The notes under the pieces: generated by a model | Database searches by the model: none | What the model was told of the DNA's origin: nothing | The model's input: the letters and a program-made list of their open reading frames with translations, nothing else | NCBI RefSeq assembly: GCF_009914755.1 | Contig: NC_060932.1 | DNA: 64,000 bases | Strand: one strand, 5' to 3' | From: the human T2T-CHM13v2.0 reference genome, Homo sapiens | Part shown: piece by piece, positions 52,520 to 64,000 of the stretch | Layout of the letters: each line of letters starts with the position of its first letter | Numbering within the stretch: position 1 is the first letter of the stretch | Program-made: the position numbers and the translations under genes

Positions 52520-55500
52520 TTATATATTGCAGTGTCTGATTTACTAATGTTTTATTAAGGATTTTTGCTTGTATGCTCATGAGAAATAATGGTTTGTAGT
52601 TTTGTTCTCTGTATTGGGGTTTTTGGTTTTTTGTATCAGAGTCATGCTGGACTCATAGATAAGTTAGATAGTATTCTCTCTTCTTCTACTTTTGATGCCA
52701 AATTGCTATTATTTCTCCTTTTTTTTTAGTATAATTCCCCAGTGATGCCATCTGGATCTGGAGTTATCTTTTGTGGGAATTTTTAAATTATAAAATGTAT
52801 TTTTTAGTAGAACAGGGCTATTTAGATTTTCTATATCTTGTGTTGTGTTTTTCTAGGAATTTGTTCATTTCATATTATTGTCAAATTTATTGAAAAGTTG
52901 TTCATAATATCCCTCTATTTATTATAATTTATATAGTTATCAATAGTATCAATAGTGATGAACCCTACTTTCATTCTTCATATTGCTAGTTTGTGTTTTA
53001 TCTCACTCTCTGTATCTAGATTATTCTTGGTAGATTTTATCAAGTTTATTAATCTTATCTTTGAAGTAACTTTAGCTTCTATACTTTCTCAATTTGGGGG
53101 ATAAGCTATTTTCTAATTCATTGATTGTCAACCCTGTTTTATATTGAGTCTGAGTTTAATTTGCTCTCCTCTGCCACAGCTTAATAAAGTATAGGTTTTT
53201 ATTATTTTTCTAATATATGCTTTTAAAGTTACAATTTTCTCCAAGCATTGTTTTATGTCACAAATTGTGATTTATTGTGTTTTCATTATCTTTCAGTTTA
53301 AAACATTTTCAAATTTATTTTGTGATTTCTTCTTTACAAATGTATCATTTACCTGTGTTCCTTAATTCCCAAATAGTTGGGCAATTCCTGAATATCTTAT
53401 TCTTATCGATTTCGAATTAACTTCCGTTATGGTGAGAGAAAATACTCTTCTGGCCCAATATACAATATTTTTAACAAACATTTCAGGTTTACTTGAGAAG
53501 TATATGTATTATATTATTATTGGATGAAATATTCTATAAACATAAAATAGATAAAGTTGCTTGATAGTGTAATGCAAATCTTGTATATCATCACTAAATT
53601 TTTTCTATTTGTTTTATCAATTATTGGGAAAGAAGTGTTAAAACTTCCAGTGATAATCATGGATTTGTCTATTTAGTTCTGTTTTGGCTTAGTATATATC
53701 AAAGCTTTGTTTTAGGCATTACATACTTAGGATTATTATGTCCATTTGTTGAATAGACCGTTTTATCATTATTGTATGTTTTTTAAATTAATTATTAATA
53801 TGATTGGGTTTAATTCCATGATCTTGTTACTTGCATTTTATTTTTCTTTCCTGTTATTTCTTGGTTCTTTCTTTCTTGTCTTCTTTTCAATTAATCAAAT
53901 ATATTTTAGTATCATTTAACTTCCTTTACTTTCTTTTTAAGGATAACTCTGAATATTTGTGTGTGTGTATGTGTGTGATTGCTGTAGATAGAGATTAAAA
54001 CATGAATCCTTAATATGAAGTCTACATTAAATTAATATTAAGTCACTGTATTTATAATGTAAGACCCTTAAAACAATATAATTTAACACCCTTCCATCCT
54101 TCGTGCTATTACTGTTCTATAACCTCAACAGTACACTGTCATTATTTTTGCCTTAACCAATCATCTTTCTAAAAATACCACGTGAGAAATAACAGGTCTT
54201 TTATATTTGCATATATGCTATTTTTAGTGCTTTTCATTTCCTCCCATAGATCCAAAATTTCTACCAGGTATTATTCCCTTCTATCTACAGAACTGGAAAT
54301 GAATTTTCTTAGCTTCCTTTAATCTAAAGCTGTCATTAATTTATTTTGATTTCTGAAAGATATTTTTACTGGCTATAAATTTTTAAGGTGACAGTTTCTT
54401 TTTGCTTTCAGCATTTTAAAGATATTGTACCATTGCTTCTGGCTGCTATGATTTTCAGTGAGAAATCAGGCATTGTTCTTATCATTGTTCCTTTATAATT
54501 TGTCTTTTTTCTTTGGCTGCTTTTAAGATTTTTTTTCTATATCTTAGATTTCCAACCATTTTATCATGATATGCCTAGTTGTGGCTTCCTGTGTAATTAT
54601 CCTGCATGGAGTTCCCTTAACTTCCTGGATCAGTGGATTTTGGCTTTTATCAAATTTGAAGAATTTTCAAATACATTTCTGCTCCATTTTCTCTCTGCCC
54701 TCCATTTGAGATCCCAGTTATACAAAAGTTTGTTTGATTGTCTTACAAGTCATTGAAGCTTTCTTCCTTCATTTTTCAATATTTTTCCTCTTTCTGTGCT
54801 TTGATTTTAATAGTATCTATTTACATGACTTCAAATTTACTGCTCCTTTCTGATACAGTTTTTGATCTGCTTCTAATCTTATTAACAACATTTTGTTTTC
54901 TAGTACTTTATCTTTCAGTGCTAGGATTTCCAGTTGGTTCTTTTCAGAGTTTCCATGTCTCTCTTGAAATTGCCCATCTCTTAAGTCATTGGCAATCCAT
55001 CTTTTTGTTTAAATTCCTTAACATATTTATCAGAATTATTTTAAAGTTCTTATCTGTTAATTCCAACATCTGTGGGTCTCCTCCTGCAGACTATATTTTC
55101 TCTTGAAATACAGGTCTTTTTTTTCTGTTTTTCTAATAACTTTTTGTTTTAAATTGAACAGTATGTTTTCTTGTAGAAGACATATCATAGAGATTCTGGC
55201 TTTTATTATTTTCCTCTAGAGTGTTGATTTTTGTTTCAGTAAATGCTAAGTTACTGACACTATCTCATTTCTGAAAAGATTTAGTTTTAGGGCTTTATTA
55301 GGGAAGGTTTATTTTGGTTCTGTAAAGACACAGCTCTTAATTCTGGGATATGGTCCTTACTTCTAAGGCATGACCCTTCAGAGGTTTTACTGGGAAGCCT
55401 TAGCTGTTTACTAATTCACTCTAACCTGGTAGGACTTGAACTCCAAACTCTGTCTCCCCAGCACTTAGCCTACTGACATCTCTGCTCAATTCTTTGCTTC

Positions 55501-56619
55501 CAGCTGTGCATTTGATTGACTTCTCCTTGGAGGCTTACCCTGGCATTCATAGGTTTAGAGTCAGCCAAATATTTAAGAAGAATTTTTATGTAGAAATGTG
55601 CTCCTTCATACATGACTAACTCCTTTCTGGAATACCTCCCCCAACCATCATTTAATTCCTAGCTGTGCTGGCAGCTCAAGATCCAATCTCTGACTCCCCA
55701 GTGCAGTCAGACTGATGCTTTTGGTCTGAGCTCTATCCCTTACTTCCATGCAACTTAGGGCATGCCCTTAGGGGAAAAGTTGGATAAATGTGAATCTCAG
55801 CTAATTTGTATATTGTCTTTCACAGCAAGTCTCATCCAGTGTACTCCTGATTTTACGTTCTCTCCAGTGCCTTCCAAGGCTTCAAATTCAGAATTTATAG
55901 TTGTTATTGGCAAGAGGGCTAGTCCAATACAAGCTACTCTGCCATGAACAGAACTAGAACTCTTCTAATTACTTGCTTGTTATTTAAAACACACTTTGTA
56001 AATAAATGAGAATGATTACTCAGGAGCTACCTCTAACACTACCATTGTGGCTCCTGGTTTATTTTCCAGCACGTGTCTCCATAAACATTATGTAACTTCC
56101 CCTGTGTCATTTCAAACCATTAAAAATCACACAATGAAGTGTAAACACAAACCTGTTCTGAAGTAGTGAAGAACCTCATTCAATATGTCAGCCTTGGCTG
56201 CCCTGAGTTCAATTTGTGTATCAGGGGAAACAAGAGCAATTTTCCTATTGACTGGGAAGTATACACCCCCATTTTCCTCAGCAATATCATCTGGAGCATG
56301 GAAGCCTCTTAGGCACGTAACACACGCCCACAGTTTATTCTATGCTTACAACACTCAGTAAGTTCCACAAAGTACTGGCAGGTCATGTTACTTGTTTCAT
56401 TTTCTATATAGCTTTTTTATTCTTTAGGCCCCAAACATAGATTCACCTTTAAAAGTTGAATTTTCACACAGCTTAGGTCCATATCATCCCAAAGAAAATA
56501 AGCAGAGGGGATCTGGGTTGGGAGTGAGTTGTTGAACGTTGTGCCTTAGCTGGATTCTGCTCCTACCTTGGCCACTTGGATTTTAGAATTTCACTGGTGC
56601 AGTGAGTTATGAAACTGTC

Positions 56620-56820
56620 TATTTCCATGCCAGGAACTACCATTAGTATTTACACCTACGAATGTATTTCATCCTCACAATAGACACATTTTATAGTTGA
56701 GAAAGTGGGCACAAAGATTTCAGTTATTTCCCCAAGATCACAATCAAGTGTGATTCTGCCCAAGCATGTTATTTCACATGAGATCAAGGGGCCAGGCTGA
56801 ACCCATGGTCTATGCTCTCT
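56620..56820 (-). mobile_element. MIR
   Basis: atttcatcctcacaa...cattttatagttgagaaagtgggcacaaaga...cccaagatcaca. Confidence 0.55.
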
Positions 56821-57084
56821 CATTTATTGGACTCTGCTGCCCATCAAGTCCTGTTAATGCTCTGCCCCCAGTTGTAATCTGTAGAGAGTGCAAATAGCCC
56901 ATGCCAAGGCCTGCCGTCTCTTTGATTTTTTTATGCTTTCTTCCTCGGTGTTTGCGTGGTCATTCTGCCAGATGTCGGACATGCCAGGGCGTTTCTCCCA
57001 GGCTCACTCCTTCATCTCAGGAGCTAAGGTTGCATGAAGCCATCTTCCTTGGAATGGTCAGAATCTGAATGCTCCTCAATGTGG

Positions 57085-57880
57085 TTTATGTAACATATCT
57101 CTAGTAAGTGTATCCATTATGCCAGACATTACCTAGATATTGGGGATTAAATAAGATTATCACTGGTGGCCTTGAGAATTTCAAGGTCTGCTGGTAAAGA
57201 AATCTACATACATAGGCCGGCGCGGTGGCTCATGCCTGTAATCCCAAGACTTTGGGAGGCCAAGTCGGATGGATCATGAGGTCAAGAGATTGAGACCATC
57301 CTGGCCAACATGGTGAAACCCTGTCTCTATTAAAAATATAAAAATTAGCCAGGCGTGGTGGCAGGTGCCTGTAGTCCCAGCTACTCGGGAGGCTGAGGCA
57401 GGAGAATCGCTGAACCCGGGAGGTGGAGTTTGCAGTGAGCTGAGATCATGCCATTGCACTCCAGCCTGGGCAACAGAGTGAGACACCATCTCAAAAAAAA
57501 AAAAAAAAGTCTCCATATATAGAGAGGGACAGATGATAAAACTCTGTGGTAGACACCTGAACAAAGATCTGTAAAATCACAGAGGAGGAAGCAACCAAGT
57601 CGGCAGTTCACCCTACTTGAGGGTTTTGGGGAAGGTGACAATAACAAAAGTGTTTTATAAATGGAGCTTAGAGAGATACACAGAAATTGGAAGAACATGT
57701 CACACAGAAGGAGCAGCATGTTTAAAAATGTAAAGTAGGAATGAACACGGTTTCTTAGGAGGGAAGTGAGAAGGTCAGTATAAATGCATAGAGATGGAAA
57801 ATAGAGGATGAGCCTGTATAAGCAAGCAAGAGACAGACTGTGAAGGAATTTGAATTTATCCTGAAGAATTATCATGATAA
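57085..57880 (-). mobile_element. L2 interrupted by AluSc
   Basis: tatccattatgccagacatt...ctagatattgggga...gccttgagaatttcaaggtct; after the Alu ...gtgaaggaatttgaatttatcctgaag. Confidence 0.55.
57215..57508 (+). mobile_element. AluSc
   Basis: ggatcatgaggtcaagagattgagaccatcctggccaacatgg (Sc-type); degenerate TSD aaatctacatacata / aagtctccatatata. Confidence 0.93.
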
Positions 57881-57957
57881 TCTCTAATCTACACCCTGAT
57901 TTTATTCCAATCCTTTGAGAAACCTCACCTACTCTTCATGTCTCAGATATACATATA

Positions 57958-57958
<1 letters not shown>

Positions 57959-58004
<46 letters not shown>
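57959..58004. repeat. (AC)23 microsatellite
   Basis: Read directly from the sequence. Confidence 0.97.
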
Positions 58005-58006
<2 letters not shown>

Positions 58007-58721
58007 CTATTGTTCTTTCAGGCCTTTCCTCTCAAGAATGAGTGTATAGCTTGACAAGAAAGTATGTATTCTTCTATCCCTGCTGGATTTAAGAACCAAT
58101 CTTCCTTTAAAAATGCTTCATAATTTTGCTGTTGCCCTTCCAAAATGTATTTGACAAGCATCTTCAAGAGAGATCAAAATGGACAAAGAACTAAAAGCCC
58201 CAAAGAAGTATAGCTCGTTATTTTCCTGTCCTCTTCTCCTTCACCTCCTGCTCCCATCTTCCAAACAGAATAAAAAGTAAGACTCTTTTTAGAATGCATA
58301 ATTAGATTTATGCCAAGTAACCTGCTGCTTATTCTTCTTCACTCTGGGCATGATTTATCTCTGTGTTTTACTTAACTGCTAACAAATAGGGTGTCAAGTT
58401 GAACTAGCTATTGTCTTTTTTGCTCATATTATTTGTAAAGAAGCTTCTGCCCTTTGCCACAACTGAAAGGCTGAATTGGGCCTTTTGACTTCCTACCTTC
58501 CCAGATGTGTAGCTTCAGATTAGACTGAGGTCCAGAATAAATGTTGTTATAGGCTCTCTCAAGTCTCATCCTTTTTTTCCAGAAGCTAATAAATGCTGAA
58601 AGTGTTGCCATAGCTGCTACCAAAGTCAGCCTCTGAAAAAAGACCCAGTGTGCATGACTTGTGTAACTGCTGTAAGCACAGAAGGGAGAAATAGAAAGAT
58701 AGAAAGGGCAACTTCTGACTC

Positions 58722-58929
58722 ATTCCATCTCTCCATTTTCTTTCAGACTCTCTAATAGTTCCTTTCTTCCTTTTATTCTTCTTTTCTCCATTCTCTCCCT
58801 TGCCTCCCTCTCTCCCTTCCCTCCTTCCCTACCTCCCTCCTTCCCTCTCTCCCTCCTTCCTTCTTCCTTTCCCTTACCTCCCCTCCCCTTCCTTCTTTTT
58901 TGCTCCAATCTCTCTCTGTCCCTCCTTTT
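58722..58929. repeat. Polypyrimidine/polypurine low-complexity tract ((TCCC)/(TTCC)-like)
   Basis: Nearly all C/T on the plus strand for ~200 bp. Confidence 0.9.
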
Positions 58930-58962
58930 AAATTTATTTCTTACATTTCAAAAGATGATTCA

Positions 58963-59228
58963 TTTATTTAAAAATAAGTTGACAGTTATTATTGACTGAC
59001 ACAATGAGCCAGTCTCTGTAATTAGCACTGGAGTTTAAAAAAAAAAAGGAGCAAAAGGATACACAGAGTTCCTGTATTCAGGAAGCTTCTAATTTAGCCC
59101 CCTTGTAGCAACAAGCCAATTAATATCAGTTTGAAAAGAGATCAGTGCACTATATTTCTCTGTGGTAGATCTGACATGATTTTAGTTAACTTTATAAGAT
59201 TTCTCCAGTCTTTGAACTAAATTCTGTG
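58963..59228 (+). repeat. Donor copy of a ~250-bp local direct duplication (second copy 63172-63415)
   Basis: Colinear match tttatttaaaaataa...ctctgtaattagcact...gagcaaaaggatacacaga...ggaagcttctaatttagcc...gttaactttataagatttc...aactaaattc(t/g)gtg. Confidence 0.93.
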
Positions 59229-59679
59229 ATTACATGCTCTCTGCATTTCAATTTTGACTTTGTCTAGATAACATTATGTTAGCATTTTCTTTGAGAGATT
59301 ATCTTTAAGTGGTAAGATATTTTCTAGGTTTAATGTATTTTCTATGTTTTTAAAAATTAATTTTCTATATTTTCCAAAATTTATATAAGAAACTTCTATA
59401 ACTTTTATAATAAAGTTATTTCTGATTTTAAACCCAATAGTGAATTTTCTTACAGTAAAATAATAGAAAATGAATTCATCTCTCTTTGAGTGTTTATTTC
59501 TTACAATATTTGAATATAATCTACTTAAAATATTTTAAAACTACACCATTAGGGTAAAAACAAAGGCATTGAAGAAAGAAAATACAATAATGCTAGCTGA
59601 AAACATCATTCATTTTTACATCTCCCATTTCTTCCTATTTCCTGTTTGTAGGCATACACGTTTTTACATAGTTGTGCTT

Positions 59680-61177
<1,498 letters not shown>

Positions 61178-61544
61178 TAGCTTCAGTTACGTTTTCATCA
61201 TCTGGACATGAGAATATCTTTTGTCGTTACTTAATGTAAGAATTCCAAACAATAGAGAAAGATAAAAGTGGATGAAAATCTACTTTCCTAATTTTACTCC
61301 TCAGAGGAAAGTACTGTCAGCAGTTGTTGTAATTGCTTCTGACTTTTTAATATACAGATAAACAAGTAATGCTCTCATGTATACATCTGCTCATTCAATA
61401 AAATATTATGGAATGGCTTGGTATTTTTCTAGGTGCCGGCGATACCATGGAGAATAAGATAGGATTGGTGCATACACCCTCACAGAATTTGCAGTCAAGC
61501 AGGGTTGGGCATGAGAATGAGCATTCCTAAGAAAGAGAACATTC

Positions 61545-61846
<302 letters not shown>

Positions 61847-61974
61847 AAGAAAGAGAACATTCATTGGTGATGTGTTGTATGGTTATGGACATCTCTCTAT
61901 GCCAGCATAAGTTAAGCTATTTTATCATTTTTAATACCTGCATAGTAGTCCATAGTGTGGTTATAATAATCATA

Positions 61975-62228
61975 ATAAAAAGAATAGTAATGCTTATTGA
62001 GTGCTCACTGCATTGCTAGATGCCATGCTAAATGATTATGTACTTTACACTAACTAAAGTGTCACTCACAGCCACCAATAAATAGGTTACATTATTTTCT
62101 CTATTTTACAAGTGAAAAAAAATGGGTTTATGCAAGTGAGGGATCTTGATCAAGTTCCCACAGCTAGGGAGAGCTAAAATCCAAACTGAGTCTGACTCCA
62201 AAGCCTATAGTTTTTACTTCTCCACTAT
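61975..62228 (-). mobile_element. MIR
   Basis: cttattgagtgctcactg...gccatgctaaatg...ctattttacaagtgaaaaaa...gtctgactccaaagcc. Confidence 0.7.
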
Positions 62229-63016
62229 AAATATTCCATAAGTCACTTATAAAGAAGCTTATTGATAAACACTTACGATACTTCTAGTTTTTGCATTTGA
62301 AAATAATGCAGTAATTTACATTATACTTGTATGAATATTTATACCCTAAAATAGCCAAACTAGGAATTTTTAATTCAAGGAAATACATGTAATTTTTATA
62401 GATATTATCAAATCATCCGTCTCAAAACAACAATCATGAGAGCTTATATTGTCAGCAACTTTCTCAAAGCAACAATTCTCAAAAATTTCTAAATGCGTTT
62501 TAAGCAACAAATGTTTATTTGGAATGTAACAATTAGTATGAATTGGACATGTAAAATACACAAACCCACTTAAATATCATTTTATTATCATCATCATTAT
62601 TACAGCAAATCAAAAGTTGTTGTTCTCATTATACCCCTTATATTTCAAGGGCTGAACACTTTGCATCTAGACAAAACGGAGTAAGTTTGGATTATAACTG
62701 TTTGGTTTCGTCGTCCATTGTCAATCTTCCTATTTGAATTATTTCAGAAACTCAGATTTTAAACCAGTGTTCATCAACCATACTCCTGAAGGAGGTTGCT
62801 TGGCCCAGTACATTCAGCAAAATGATTGGTCCAAGTACAGATTAGCTGGAAATTACTTACCTTGCCCTTTTCAAAGCTGTGAGGCTTTCTGCCTGATTAC
62901 TGTCACTGGGTTTTGTCTCTTCCCTATTGCAACCTAAAGAGAATTTTGCAACTGCAATTTGCAATGAGTAACTGGATAGCGATAATGGAGGCAGTGAACC
63001 TTCCCATGTAAAGCTA

Positions 63017-63480
63017 TTAGGTTGGTGCAAAAGTAATTGCGATTTTTGCCATTAAAGGCAAAAACCATTGCCTTTTATGAGTAAAATGAGTAAAAACCAA
63101 ATGCCATTGCCTTTAATGGCAAAAACCGCAATTACTTTTGATGGCAAAAACCACAATTACTTTTGCACTTGTTTATTTAAAAATAAATTGAGTGCTCACA
63201 ATGTGTCATTCTCTGTAATTAGCACTAGGGTAGAAAGAGCAAAAGGATACACAGAATTCCTGTCTTCAGGAAGCTTCTAATTTAGCCTCCTGTAGCAACA
63301 AGCCAAGTAATATCAATTTGAAAAGAGACCAGTGCACTGTATTTCTCTGTGGTATATGTGACATGACTTCAGTTAACTTTATAAGATTTCCCCCATCTTC
63401 AAACTAAATTCGGTGTTAGTTTGGTTTTATTTGCCATTATTTTTAATGGCAAAAATCATAATTACTTTTGCACCAACTTA
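63017..63480. mobile_element. Composite, rearranged MADE1 enclosing a captured genomic segment (63172-63415)
   Basis: TA + left TIR ttaggttggtgcaaaagtaattgcgatttttgccatt; repeated right arms at 63116-63168; duplicated segment; final arm aatggcaaaaatcataattacttttgcaccaactta + ta. Confidence 0.85.
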
Positions 63481-63684
63481 TAATAAACATCCCTTAAGTC
63501 TGCAAAGCTAAGGAATCACCACCTGTTTACCCATTCCATGATCCCTATTTTATAAGCTACATAAACGATTAGAAGAAAAATTGGAGTCTTGGGGTTCTTT
63601 TATAACATGTGCACAACCTAGTTTGTTACTAGCACCTCAGTGGCATATCCAGCAATATCCTCATTCCTTTGAAAAGTTTCAGTT

Positions 63685-64000
<316 letters not shown>

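Noticed and set aside
58720-58908. Arg/Gly/Glu-rich ORF
   Set aside because: It is the translation of a low-complexity purine tract.

Overview
Human genomic DNA; an AluYb8, a human-specific subfamily, lies at 61545-61846. The window is AT-rich and dominated by repeats, so it reads as intergenic or deep intronic. I found no credible protein-coding gene, RNA gene or CRISPR array. The ORFs I could assign come from repeats (L1, Alu, ERVL, MER52, CR1) and the rest look like chance frames. Content includes seven Alus, two 5'-inverted L1s, several old L1M fossils, an ERVL pro-pol remnant, solo LTRs (THE1, MLT1/MST, MER52, LTR18), hAT MERs, MADE1 mariner MITEs, MIR/L2/CR1 relics and microsatellites. 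The most unusual signals are fossil template-switch events. (1) A MADE1-bounded composite at 63017-63480 encloses a ~245-bp copy of sequence 4.2 kb upstream. (2) A 48-bp duplication at 15712-15830 has a spacer that is an inverted copy of part of the AluJ ~1 kb upstream. (3) A twin-primed L1PA3 carries a 20-bp stutter at its inversion junction. Subfamily names come from recalled consensus sequences, not from RepeatMasker/Dfam, and boundaries of old repeats are approximate.
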